64,000 bases of DNA from the NCBI RefSeq assembly GCF_009914755.1, contig NC_060941.1. One strand, 5' to 3'. The notes below the pieces were generated by a model that was given only the letters and a program-made list of their open reading frames with translations, had not been told where the DNA came from and made no database searches. Origin of the DNA: the human T2T-CHM13v2.0 reference genome, Homo sapiens. Position 1 is the stretch's first letter. Every line of letters begins with the position of its first letter. The position numbers and the translations under genes were made by a program. Shown piece after piece: positions 32,905 to 64,000 of this stretch.

Positions 32905-33900
32905 GCTGGCCCTCCCTGCCGTCCGCCCTCGAGGCCGCCTCCTAGGTCTGTTCTGGGAACCGGGATCCCTCTCGGGCCAGTCCAGGCCGGCCGCCTCTCC
33001 CGCCGGCCGCCAGCCCCACACAGTTGGCGAAGCCCTCTAGGCCCCTTGGCTCCTCCTCGCCCTCCCTGCGAGGCCTCTGCCCCCGCCCCCAGCCGCCCGC
33101 GCCCCCGCCCCGCCCGCCTGCCCCCGCCCCGTCCGCCTGCCCCCGCCCCTCAGGCGCTGCTGCCGCGCGAGCCGGGTGTCCCCGTGGCCTCTCGGCCACC
33201 GGCCGGCTCCCGCGGACTTCGGGTAACTAGGAGCTGTGCTGGGGGCGTCGTCGCCGAGACACCCCTCGCTGGCGCCTCCCGACTGCCGACGGAGTCCCCG
33301 CTGCCCTCGCTCGCCTGGCCTCATTAACCCGCGTCCCCACTTTTCCCCGGGCCACCAGCTACCCCGCCCTGGGCGGGTACCGCGAGAGCTCTCTCCGCCC
33401 TCTACTTTCTGCGCAGAGCTGGACGGGACCCGACACGCCCACGCCCCCTAAGTCCTGGTCCTGGGGTGGGCTCCGGAGCCCCGCGTCCGACAGTGGTCTC
33501 CGTGCAGACCCAGTGCCCCTACCGCACCACTCGCAGTCTTCTGGCCGGAGTCCCGTGTTTACCTGTCCCTCCCGCGCCCGCGAGGTGGGCACTTGGGAAC
33601 TGCTGAGTAACCCATCGCCACCTCTTCCCGCCGGCTCTTAAACTCCTGGGGCCGGGCGGCTGTCACAGTCCTCCCTCAGACAGTCCCGGCCCTCGGCCCG
33701 GCTCCCCGGAGGCTGGGCAAGCAAGACCTCCGATTTGCCGGGACAGCTGGAGTGACCCGCGCTCTCCAAGCCGGTAGCTTGCAGCAGTTGCGGCTCCTAG
33801 CCACTAGGTGTCAGCCTGCCCTCACTGTGGCGCGGGCTCCCCCTCCCGCCTCCGAGCGAGGCAGCTGCTTTCGGGGAGAGTTTAGGTATAAACTCTGGGC
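32600..33900. promoter_or_regulatory. CpG island, TLCD1 promoter, with a CTCF-like motif
   Basis: Dense CpG and GC boxes; CCACTAGGTGTCAG at 33801-33814. Confidence 0.75.
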
Positions 33901-34366
33901 GAAAGGAGGAGCAGCTGAGAGCCAGCGAGGGAAGTTAAGCGGAGATGAGAGCGGGGAGGGAGAAGAGGGTAGTAATAGAGGAGGGGCGGGAAGAAGCGGG
34001 GGAGGGGAAAGGTGCTGCGGGCGGGAGGAAGAAGCCGAGAAAACCTGAGGCGCAAGGACCCAGGGACCAAGCCGTTTGAGTGTTTTCCTCCCCTATGGCT
34101 CCAAGGTTACACATTAACCCCTGTGGGACTCTTAAGTCAACCAAAGCCCAGTCGGTTTCTAGGTGAGAACACGGGTGTCCTGGGTGAGCGGCTTTCCCGC
34201 CCCTCCCCTTGGCTCACAGAGCTGCTCTGTCCGCCGGCCGACACCGGCCTGAGCCAGCGCCCTTCCAGCAGTCATTCCACGTGGGTGGGTTTGGATACCC
34301 TTGCGAGAGCCAGGACAGGGGCAGAAGATAAAACGCCCCTTTCCTCACACCCCTTGCCCACTCTGA

Positions 34367-34733
<367 letters not shown>

Positions 34734-35620
34734 TGAGTTTTTCTAGAGCTCCCGCAGAGCAGGAGCCCGGGAGAACCTGGAATTAACCTCACTTCCGGTA
34801 AAGAGCCTAGCTGGTCACACTAACCAGCCCCCTGCCTCTAGGCTTTTGCCTTGAGCTCATTTCGGCGAAACCGCGGTCTTTCCTTCTCCCCTTGATGCTT
34901 TCAGGTACTGACCCACTACCGCCCCCATCTTCCCCCATGGGAAGATGAGCACTGAGGGCAGATTACCCTCCTGCAGCGCGTGTGTGAAAGGGGAGTTGAG
35001 AGTGCTGACGAGCGCGGCGCTCACTAGTCGGGACGGCCCGAGACCGTGTCATGTCCTCTTCAGGTGAATCAACTTGCACGACTTGGGATTTCCCCCGTCC
35101 CTCCCCAGGCAAACACGAAACCAACCCTGCTGCCTTCTCCCAGGAGCGCTGGTCTCGGTCGTTTTGGGTGTGTTTATCGTTTGCGTGCCAAGGAGAACCC
35201 GCTTTCTCCTGAAATAGCGTCACTCGTGGGCAAGAAGGGGGTCAATCTTCTCTTCCCACCCCTTCCCGGCCTGTGGGGTTTAACTCTCGGGAACGCGACA
35301 TCCTTTTAGTCTAGCAAGCTTTACAAGGGCTGGGTATATGTGTGGGAGGGGCGGGTACCGTGCCCGCCATTGCGGGCGCGCCCTATTTTCTTGCCCTATT
35401 CTTGGACACTGCGTGGGGCAGGGTCGTGAGGGGAAAAGTGACGGCGTGTCGCAGCGGGAGGTGTGTGGTGCAGGCCCACAAATACGGACGCGTGGCGGAA
35501 CCCACACCTAGGGCGCTGGCTCCGCCCCGCAAGCCGCTCGCCGTGAAGGGGCGGGGCCCAGAGTGGGTGGGTCCGCGCACGCGCCGCGTGGGGGACGGAA
35601 GTGAAACTCTAAGAAATGAG

Positions 35621-48786
<13,166 letters not shown>

Positions 48787-49110
48787 GGCACCCGGATTCA
48801 CCTCTGGACCACCCTGATATTGCTTCTCCTCTGAATGCTCTGAAAAGTGCAGGTGCCCAAGGCATGACTTGCAGCTGTCTCCTGGATTGTGTCATCATGG
48901 GGTATCAGGGCTGGCAAAACCCCTGCTCTGCTTTTGGCCTTGGATATGGAAACCTCAACCACTTTGTTCTCCTACCACCTCTTTGCCCTTCCTACCCCTT
49001 CCTCCCTTCAGTCAGTGTCCCCAGGGTCCAGCCTGGCTAGAGTTAGAAGGCAGACCTAGCCTTTGGAAGCAGGGTGGCCTCCAGAGCCTTGCCATAAAAA
49101 GGCTGAAGGC

Positions 49111-49909
<799 letters not shown>

Positions 49910-49930
49910 CTATCTCCATACTTTGGAGCA

Positions 49931-49960
49931 GGGCAAGCCAGGGCCTGCCTGGACTGGCCA
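49931..49960. promoter_or_regulatory. p53 response element-like array upstream of TRAF4
   Basis: GGGCAAGCCA GGGCCTGCCT GGACTGGCCA: three abutting RRRCWWGYYY-like decamers about 950 bp before the TRAF4 ATG; TRAF4 is a known p53 target. Confidence 0.6.
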
Positions 49961-50499
49961 TTAGGCCTGCCTAGCTTCTGCATAGCCCGGGGCTGGGCGG
50001 TCCCCGGGAGTGCTGCCACCTCCCCTACACTTTCATCCTGAGGCAGGATTTGCTAGACGTCGGCTTGCCTCTCTTCCCCAGCAGGAGGGCAGGAGTCACT
50101 AAGTGCTGCAGAAAAGATCCGCGCTGGAGATTGCCCGTCCCCCCCATGCCTTTCCCCAGAAACAGTTGAGAGAATGGGTAGCTGGTGGGACCAGACCGGT
50201 TTCCCAGAGGACAGGAAGGCCAATAAAAATATCAGCTGCCTGCCTGGAGTGTGGTGTCTTCAAGGGTGGGGGTGGCGACCAGGCACCCCAGGACTGGGCT
50301 GGGCCCGACCTCGGTGGCAGGGCTGCGGCCAAGGGAGGAATGTGGGCGCAGCCGGAGGCTGGGGCCGAGGTTCCTCTGGCCCAGCGCCCAGTCCAGCCTC
50401 CCCGCCCCAGCTGGGCTCCCCGGAGCTGGTTGCCAGGCTTCGGCTGCCTAGCACCTGGAAGCTGGGGCCACGGTTCCTGGGCTGCTCACGGCCCCGGAG

Positions 50500-51400
50500 G
50501 CCGAGCTGTTGCCTCTGGAGAAGAAAACCTTTGTGGCGCGGCCCGTCCCCTTTTCCGACCCGCACTTCCCCGGGGCCCGCGGGCTCTGGGGAGAAGCGGA
50601 GCCACGATCTCTGTCCCCCAGGGGAAAGAAAAGCCCATGATCCCGTGGGTGGGCGAGACTGGCGGTCACCAGACCCAAAAACCATGCACTCGGGGGTGGG
50701 CGGGGCCGCGAGGGCGCGCATTAGGACCGCGCGGCCGCGGCCCCGCCCTCTCTTCCGGAGGGCGGGCTTCACAGCCGAGCCCTGGCCGCGACCGCCAGTC
50801 GGCGCCGCCCGGAGCCGGGAGCGCCGCTCCAGCGAGGCGCGGGCTGTGGGGCCGCCGCGTGCCTGGCCCCGCTCGCCCGTGCCGGCCGCTCGCCCGCCAT
50901 GCCTGGCTTCGACTACAAGTTCCTGGAGAAGCCCAAGCGACGGCTGCTGTGCCCACTGTGCGGGAAGCCCATGCGCGAGCCTGTGCAGGTTTCCACCTGC
51001 GGCCACCGTTTCTGCGATACCTGCCTGCAGGAGTTCCTCAGGTGCTGGCCGGGGAGCAGGGGACAGCGGGGGCGGGGCGGGGCGGGGGGCGCCGCCTGGG
51101 GAGGGTCTCGGGCCCGGGGCAAGGCGGGCCTTTGTCTGCGCTGCGACCCTGTGACCTCAGGGGCGCCCCGTGACGTCACGGGGAGGGATGACGTCAAGCC
51201 CCGAGGGAGGCCCCCCCGCAGGAATCCGAGGGGTCCGGGCGGGTCCCAACTGCCCGGCCCGGGGCGGAAGACCTCGGCGCCTTCTCGTGGGGTCAGGAGG
51301 GGAAGAGGCCCTTCCCCGTCACCTGAGAGCCGGCGCGGCCTCAGCCTTGAACTTTGAATCCTGGGGGAAGAGGACAAAACCCGCTCCCGCGTGGCAGTTT
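50500..51400. promoter_or_regulatory. CpG island, TRAF4 promoter and exon 1
   Basis: Very high GC/CpG; CRE motifs at the start of intron 1. Confidence 0.8.
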
Positions 51401-54400
51401 GAGCCTCCGGAGCTTTCCCCCATCTAACCTCTTCTGATTCTTCGAACGTTCAGAGAACGGTAGCTATTGTTCTCCCATTTCACAGATCATGAAACGAGAT
51501 TCAAAGAAAGGCTGCGACTTGCCCAGGGTCACATAGTTACTTAAAGGCTTAACTAGGATTTAAACCCGGACTGCTTATGATCACACAATGGAGGAAGGAC
51601 TGAATCCTCCCCCGAAGAAGGACCCCTCTAGGCGGCTCCCCTCTCTCCCGGGGGCTGGAGTAAGGCGGGTGGTCCATAAGTCATGAAGAAGGGGGTCGCA
51701 CTCGTGTTGTTACTGAACTCCCGCTGCCCTCTCAGGACGCAGGTTAGCCCTTGGCTCTTGGGCATCCATCAAGTTTCTGGGCGCCCTGTATGTCTTGAAT
51801 CTCCTGCTCACGCAGGGAACCCCTCAGGCCCGGGTGTGGGAAGCAGGGTGAAGGAGCCCCGACTCTTCGGAGGTCATGCCCCCAGAGCGCAGGGGAAGGC
51901 CGAGTCGGCCACTGCCTGGCTGTTTGCTGGGACGAGGGGATCGAGGGCCTGGCAGGGATAGTACCTCTGAGACGCCTGCCTCCGGTGCTCCCTCCCGCCG
52001 TGCCTCCCTCCCTCGCTCGGTCCTCCGTAGCTCCTACTGGCGGAAATCTCAGCAGGCCCTTTGTTTTCTGTTCCCCACAGCCTGGGCCGGCTCCTGCCCT
52101 CACATATGCTCCGGCACAAGCTGCAGGACTGCCCCCTCCCCCTCGGCAGTGTACACATTTACTCTCCTACAGACACAGCCCCATTGTCTCCGCCACTGCT
52201 CTTCCCCGGCCCTCTGGGTTCCAGATGAGACCAGCTGAGCCCCCCGACCCCCCCACAGCTGACCCACCCTGACTGCCTCGGGAAAGGAGCGGGGGAGGGG
52301 GCCGTCAGGCCGGATTCCTTCCACCACCTTCTTGGCCCCCTCTCTGCCACTCCCCCTCCCGGAAATCCCCTCTTCCTCTCCCACTCCCACACCCCCTCCC
52401 CCCATCCTGTCTTCTTCCCTGGGCCTTGGCCTCCACTGCACAGCCTGGAGCAGCCTCTGCCCTGCCTGTCCCCCATCCCCCAGTGCCTGAGCTGTGCTGC
52501 TGAGGCTTCTGAAGGGGAGAGAGGTGGTTGGGTGGTCCCTGCTCCTCACCCGCCACGGTACAAGCACAAGTGAGGGTGTCCACAGCCCTGGCTGGGCCCC
52601 AAGCTGCAGGCTAAGCTTCTGCCTGAAGCCTAGGGACTTGCCTCTGTCCCCTCCCTTTCTCCAAAACCACTCAGTCAGCACATTCCTGAAGCAGCCAAGT
52701 GGACCCCCTCCCCCTGGGCCCACCCCTCTTTCCCCACTCCTGCCTGAGCTGTTAGGTTGGCCCAGGAAGGCTGGTTGCCCTGTGGGCAGACACACCCCTT
52801 CAGTGCCTGTGGTTGTATTGTCCTTGGCATTGAAGCATGGCCAGTGGTAGTGGGATCAAGGGGAGGAGGTGGGTGCTAGAAATCCTTGGGGCAGTTGGGG
52901 CATGGACTGCCTGGGTCCTGGAGAGTGCCTCTAGAACTGGGCTCCCATGTGGGCTCTGGTTCCGCCTGGATCCCTGCCTGCCTTCCACCTACCTGACTCA
53001 GACCTGCCAGGAATGCCCTGCCCCAGGGCCCTGAGTCCTGCTGGGTGAGCCATTGCTCTGCCTGAGCCATGCCAGGCATGTGTGACTGGCCCTGGCTGGG
53101 GTCAGCAAGGGCATGTCGACAGAAAGAAGCATGCCAACAGGCTCCTTGGGTGCTGACGGCCAGGTAGGGTTTGGTGCAGGAGAAGGCGGGCAGCTAGCAG
53201 GAGGGGACGGTCACCAGGCTTCAGAAGCCCACTGAGCAGTGCCCAGAGTCTTAGCTGTGCTTGCTGGACATTTTTCCTTGCCCCAGCTTCTCTTCCTTGT
53301 GTGTGTGGTGTAGTAGAGCCTGTCTGAGCTGTGGAGTCAGACACACATAGCCAGGTGCTGCTTCACCTGTAAGCCTCTTCGTTTCATCTGTAAAATGGGG
53401 GCATTCCACCCCTTCTCAGAGGCAGGTGGCAAGGGCCGGGTGGGAATGTAAACAGGTGCCAAGGAGCATGCCTTTCCTCCCCTTTTCTGTGGGAGACACA
53501 CCCTCAAAGGAGCAGGGCAGGGTAAGGTGGCCGCAAGCTGACCTTTGCCCTGGTTCTTGGCAGAGGACCTTCCTGGGGACTGGGCAGCCTTCGCACTTAA
53601 TCTCAGCCCATCCCTGTTCCCCCTCCCAGTCAGCTTTCAGCGCAGCCAATGAAAACTAACCTAGGGGGAGGGGGTGACTGTGCAGCGTGTTCCTTTCCCA
53701 GTCCAGCTGCCATCCTGGGGGAGGGGGTGCCAGCTGCCACCTGTTGGCCAAGTCCTGACTGAGGCAGCTGTCTGTGCCTCCTCTAGGCCCAGACCCCCCT
53801 TCCCAGGACAGGGGCTGGGGTCTTCTGGGATCCTGGGGAAGTAGAGCCCCTCAGGCCTCTGCTTGCCCTTTTGTCTCATCTAGGCTGGTTGGGAACCGGT
53901 CTGGTGAGGAAGGGAGGCTGCCTCAGTGGAGGGGGTGGGGCCAGGCCTCCCTTTCCCCTAATGAGAAACCTTTTTCCTGCCCCTCCCCCATTTCAGTGAA
54001 GGAGTCTTCAAGTGCCCTGAGGACCAGCTTCCTCTGGACTATGCCAAGGTGAGTCCACACTGCCAGGAAGAAGCCCAAGCACAGTCTGTTGCCCTTGGAG
54101 GCCGGAGCTGCTGGCAGCCAGTGGGCTCAGGGCCAGTGTCAACCAAAAGCCTTGGGATGGTGCGCCTCCACAAAGGTAGCCTGTTCCCTCCCACCAGGCC
54201 AGTTTGCAAACGAGGCCCCTGTTTGCCCTGGAGGGCATGCACAATGCCCAGCCTGTAGGGGTGCACAGAGCTGCTCTGTGCCCGCAAGAAGTGTTCCCTC
54301 CCCTTCCGGTGGCAAGCCAGACCTGTGGCTGAGGGCCAGTATCCCTCCACCAGGGGAAAGGAAGCAGAGCCCCAGGGACAGCCTGGGATTGAGCAGGCTG

Positions 54401-56361
54401 ATTGGCTGCCTCTTCAAAGGAAGCGTCCTGTGCAGGCATGTTAGGACCCAGCATCAGAGCAGATGCTGCCTGCTGTGCCCTTCATCCCTGGACTCAAGAG
54501 GGGCAAAGAGCCCAAGAGAGGCTATTACAGGCTCCAAGGTAGAGCCAGCCCAGTTGGGTCTAGGGGTGGGAACTGGGCACTGCAGTCAGCTCTGACCCTG
54601 GCCAGTTCCCCCATCCCTACCCCCAGATCTACCCAGACCCGGAGCTGGAAGTACAAGTATTGGGCCTGCCTATCCGCTGCATCCACAGTGAGGAGGGCTG
54701 CCGCTGGAGTGGGCCACTACGTCATCTACAGGTGAGGCTCTGATGTGAGGGCTGGCACCACCTCTCCCTTGGCAGGCACTAATTGCAGCCTTCCCACCAG
54801 GGCCACCTGAATACCTGCAGCTTCAATGTCATTCCCTGCCCTAATCGCTGCCCCATGAAGCTGAGCCGCCGTGATCTACCTGCACACTTGCAGCATGACT
54901 GCCCCAAGCGGCGCCTCAAGTGCGAGTTTTGTGGCTGTGACTTCAGTGGGGAGGCCTATGAGGTGGGTGGGGTCTGGCTGAATGTGGAGGAGGGGGTACC
55001 TGATGGCCTAGGCATCTCTTAACTCAGCACCTCTGACATTTCCAGAGCCATGAGGGTATGTGCCCCCAGGAGAGTGTCTACTGTGAGAATAAGTGTGGTG
55101 CCCGCATGATGCGGCGGCTGCTGGCCCAGCATGCCACCTCTGAGTGCCCCAAGCGCACTCAGCCCTGCACCTACTGCACTAAGGAGTTTGTCTTTGACAC
55201 CATCCAGGTGAGGCCTTCCCTGAACTGTGGGTTGCAGGGTAGGTGACAGGTAGTCAGGATATTGACTCCTGCCTCTCTACTTCTGTGGCCCCAGAGCCAC
55301 CAGTACCAGTGCCCAAGGCTGCCTGTTGCCTGCCCCAACCAATGTGGTGTGGGCACTGTGGCTCGGGAGGACCTGCCAGGCCATCTGAAGGACAGCTGTA
55401 ACACCGCCCTGGTGCTCTGCCCATTCAAAGACTCCGGCTGCAAGCACAGGGTGAGATGCCCCTTTTCCTGTCAGCCCCCTTTTGCCCTTGAAGCCCTAGA
55501 CAGAGGCTCAGCTTCTGATGTACTTAGGCCTTGGTGGTCCCTGCTGTGCTGCTCTGAAACCCTCAGTCCTTCCCTCTGCTGCCAGCTCCAGCCTCTTCCT
55601 AACACCCTCTGTCTTCCTCACGTAGAGCTGGGTGCCTGCTACCCTGTACCCACTCCTCTCCTCTCCCTGGACCTCCCCCTACTGATAACTCTCCTCCCTT
55701 CCCCCATGGCCTGGGGCTTTGCCAACAGTGCCCTAAGCTGGCAATGGCACGGCATGTGGAGGAGAGTGTGAAGCCACATCTGGCCATGATGTGTGCCCTG
55801 GTGAGCCGGCAACGGCAGGAGCTGCAGGAGCTTCGGCGAGAGCTGGAGGAGCTATCAGTGGGCAGTGATGGCGTGCTCATCTGGAAGATTGGCAGCTATG
55901 GACGGCGGCTACAGGAGGCCAAGGCCAAGCCCAACCTTGAGTGCTTCAGCCCAGCCTTCTACACACATAAGTATGGTTACAAGCTGCAGGTGTCTGCATT
56001 CCTCAATGGCAATGGCAGTGGTGAGGGCACACACCTCTCACTGTACATTCGTGTGCTGCCTGGTGCCTTTGACAATCTCCTTGAGTGGCCCTTTGCCCGC
56101 CGTGTCACCTTCTCCCTGCTGGATCAGAGCGACCCTGGGCTGGCTAAACCACAGCACGTCACTGAGACCTTCCACCCCGACCCAAACTGGAAGAATTTCC
56201 AGAAGCCAGGCACGTGGCGGGGCTCCCTGGATGAGAGTTCTCTGGGCTTTGGTTATCCCAAGTTCATCTCCCACCAGGACATTCGAAAGCGAAACTATGT
56301 GCGGGATGATGCAGTCTTCATCCGTGCTGCTGTTGAACTGCCCCGGAAGATCCTCAGCTGA
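50899..56361 (+). CDS. TRAF4: TNF receptor-associated factor 4, 470 aa (RING, TRAF zinc fingers, coiled coil, MATH)
   Basis: Exons 50899-51041, 53997-54048, 54627-54731, 54801-54962, 55046-55207, 55295-55450, 55729-56361 = 1413 nt: MPGFDYKFLEKPKRRLLCPLC...VELPRKILS. Confidence 0.97.
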
Positions 56362-56838
56362 GTGCAGGTGGGGTTCGAGGGGAAAGGACGATGGGGCATG
56401 ACCTCAGTCAGGCACTGGCTGAACTTGGAGAGGGGGCCGGACCCCCGTCAGCTGCTTCTGCTGCCTAGGTTCTGTTACCCCATCCTCCCTCCCCCAGCCA
56501 CCACCCTCAGGTGCCTCCAATTGGTGCTTCAGCCCTGGCCCCTGTGGGGAACAGGTCTTGGGGTCATGAAGGGCTGGAAACAAGTGACCCCAGGGCCTGT
56601 CTCCCTTCTTGGGTAGGGCAGACATGCCTTGGTGCCGGTCACACTCTACACGGACTGAGGTGCCTGCTCAGGTGCTATGTCCCAAGAGCCATAAGGGGGT
56701 GGGAATTGGGGAGGGAGAAAGGGTAGTTCAAAGAGTCTGTCTTGAGATCTGATTTTTTCCCCCTTTACCTAGCTGTGCCCCCTCTGGTTATTTATTTCCT
56801 TAGTGCCAGGAGGGCACAGCAGGGGAGCCCTGATTTTT

Positions 56839-56844
56839 AATAAA
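56839..56844 (+). terminator. TRAF4 polyA signal
   Basis: AATAAA about 480 nt after the stop, in AT-rich context. Confidence 0.75.
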
Positions 56845-57894
56845 TCCGGAATTGTATTTATTAATTTGCTTCCAGCCTGACTTACCTGGGTTGGTTAGGT
56901 CCCTGGGAGGCTCAACCAAACTGAAGGCAAAGAAAGGACCAGTCAGAGAAGGGCCGCTGCCTGGGTCTGGCCCCAGGATCCAGCTTACCTGCTGGCTCGC
57001 CCTCTGATGGACGCCGGGAAAACTGCATCGGGCTTTGTGTGGAAGACGGTCCCTGCCACTGCCCTCTGCCGATGAAATGCGGGAAGTGTATGGCCTGGAT
57101 GTTTCATAAGGCTGGAGTCCCTGGTCAGCCCCACCAGATTAGTGCTTCTACCCTAGGCAGGGCTTTCTTGGTCTAATGGTAATAAGCACCGACACTGCTA
57201 AGCACTTTACGTGCATTATTATTTCATTGAAAAGAACTGTCAAGTGAAATACTTTTTAGCACAGTAACTGGCTTTGTGGGCTCTAGAGAAGAGTTAATGA
57301 GGCAGTGCATGTTCTTGGCCCAGAGTAAGTGCTTAGTGAATGCTTTCTAACTCCGAACCCCAGCCACATCCAGGGACTGGGTGTTGAGCAAAAGGGGCCT
57401 TCAAGATGTTCAAGGCACTTGGATTTTCTCCTGTCTCTCATCGGCTTTTCTTACGGGCCTCAGTGGGTGCATGTGATTATCCACGTTTCACCTATGAAAC
57501 ATGAACAGAGGAGACTGACTTATCAGTGATTCTTCCGCGGGTTCGGACAGGGCCTCGATTCTGTTTTAAACTCCAGTAGTCCCTAGAAATTGTAGCTCCC
57601 TCTAGTTGTGGCAATAGGTGTGGGTCCTTGTGCTTGCTTTTGGCAAGTTTCTGAGCTACACAGGGCCTCCATTACCGTCACTGGTGAAATGCGGCTCACC
57701 TCCCAGATTTGTTGTAAAGATTAAATGAACTGGTCAGCACACAGTGCCTTACTGTCTTGCCTAGCCCTGAGAAGAGGCTGTATGTACGAGAATCATTAGT
57801 AAGGGAAGGTTCAAGGACTGTAGTTCTTTCTTTTCCCATGCAGAGGCTGAGGGTTTAAACAAAAAAAAAAAAAACTCAGCCTCTGCTGCACACG

Positions 57895-62481
<4,587 letters not shown>

Positions 62482-62774
62482 TTATCCTCAAACTTCACAG
62501 TAAGCCCACAGCAGCCCTGCCCAGGGAGAGGGCCTGTCAGCCGGGTACCCTGTGTCCAGGGTTTCATTGAAGAACTGTCTACAATCACCATAGCACCTGG
62601 CCTTAAATAATGGATTTGGAGACGGCTTCTGGGTGGGATGCATATTACAGGGGTACCCCTTTTAAAAATTAGGAATTACTCCTATGAAGTGAGGTATGTT
62701 AGAAACTGTTGTTAAGAAAAAGTTACCTCAAACATTCACAGCACTAAACGAATAGAACAAGGTCAGAAAGCGAG

Positions 62775-64000
62775 GTTTTCTTATTTTTACTGGTTTATAA
62801 TAATCTTAAAAACCCCATCACACCCATAAACCACCACAGGTGAGGTGAGAGAGATGGAGAATGAATGCTACAGTATGTGGATAGAATGGGGAATCCAGGT
62901 ATTCCCTAGGGTAGTGTAGGATGGAGACAGGGAGTGTGGAGAGGAGGCCCTGGCTTGGACCCTTATTGCTGGCTGGGGGTTGGCTGGCAGAGGGGAGAGG
63001 GACTCAGGCTGAACTCCGAAAGAAGGAACATCTCACACCAAAGGCGAGGGCAGTTGGGGGCAGGGGGATCACAGTACATTTTCCATGCAGACTAAGGGTG
63101 GGAGTGAGAGCTTCAGAGGCTTGCACCCCTACACAGGAAGAGATGGGTTTGAGGTTGTTTGACTTAAAGCCCCCAAGTTGGTGTCTGGTCCAGTTTCCTA
63201 AAATAGCAGCTCACCTTTCAGGGAGAGGTATTGGGGAGGAAAAAAAAATACAGCAAGAATATCTGCTTTGGAGATCAAGCAAGGGGTAGGGGGAAGACAG
63301 TGGTGCTCTTTAAATCTGACTCAGAAAAGCAGGAACTGGAAGAGGGCCCTGGGTGAGATGGCGGCCAACACCTTCGGAGAAGGCATTGAGTCAGAAGCTA
63401 CAGGTGCTCCTGGGGGATCAGGACAGGGAGGTACCAGTGTTCACAGACGGCAGGAAAACAATTGGGAACAATAAATTAGGACTTCATGTTGCTATCATTT
63501 GGCATAACACAATCAGGCTTTTTTTTTTTTCTTTTTCCTTTTAAATATAAGGCAACTTGCCAACACATAACTTAAAACTGGTCTTCAGTCACATTGCTTC
63601 AGATCACTAGAGAATTTCTGGCTAACGAACAGTAGTGGATAGTGAACAAAATGCAAAACCTTAAATAAGAACCATCAGCTGACATTCCCCAGAGACAAGA
63701 GGAAAGGTAAGGGCTTATTTCATCTGTAAAAAATAAAAAAGCCCAATTCTGCATCTTTAACAGAATGGTGCAAAAATTTGTAACAAAACAGTCTAAGTTT
63801 AAAATTACAGAAAAGTGTTTCTAGCCAACTAATTGTCGCTTGGGATGAGACGTGCTGAGCATGGAGTGGATGAAGGTATGCTCTAAGAATGGACAGAGGG
63901 CAGGAGGGGCTTGTTTCCAATGTAGGCCCAGCTCCAGGTGTTAGAACCATGCTCATTTGGTAAAGGAAGTACTCAAAGAGCTTAAGGCTTTGTGTTTGTT
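62775..64000 (-). other. FAM222B: Probable distal 3'UTR of the next gene
   Basis: Abrupt switch to repeat-free non-coding sequence with A/T tracts and TATAAA on - at 62794-62799; name rests on remembered gene order only. Confidence 0.45.

Noticed and set aside
34880-34945. Possible alternative TLCD1 first coding exon (MGEDGGGSG..., minus strand)
   Set aside because: I could not confirm its boundaries or splicing from the sequence alone.
50103-51173. Long overlapping ORFs (356, 326, 248 aa) around TRAF4 exon 1
   Set aside because: Stop-poor GC-rich CpG island; low-complexity translations with no recognisable domain.

Overview
Human (primate) genomic DNA, recognisable from the encoded proteins as the gene-dense 17q11.2 interval. 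Left to right: last 10 coding exons of SUPT6H (+); PROCA1 (-); RAB34 (-) with the overlapping alternative-frame repeat protein NARR; RPL23A (+) hosting four box C/D snoRNAs, one per intron; TLCD1 (-); NEK8 (+); TRAF4 (+); and probably the distal FAM222B 3'UTR (-). The six complete genes splice by hand to the protein lengths I recall (364, 259, 156, 247, 692, 470 aa). The region is very Alu-rich, with one 5'-truncated L1PA, MIR/L2 relics and six CpG-island promoters. Most interesting: the multi-product RAB34/NARR locus, a BC200 retrocopy with a clean TSD inside an old Alu, a tail-less Alu fragment apparently copied locally into the PROCA1 promoter, a weak GC splice donor and an apparent Arg349Cys allele in NEK8, and a degenerate PLA2-like domain in PROCA1. 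I found no wholly new multi-gene system. Gene names and reference comparisons are from memory, not database searches.
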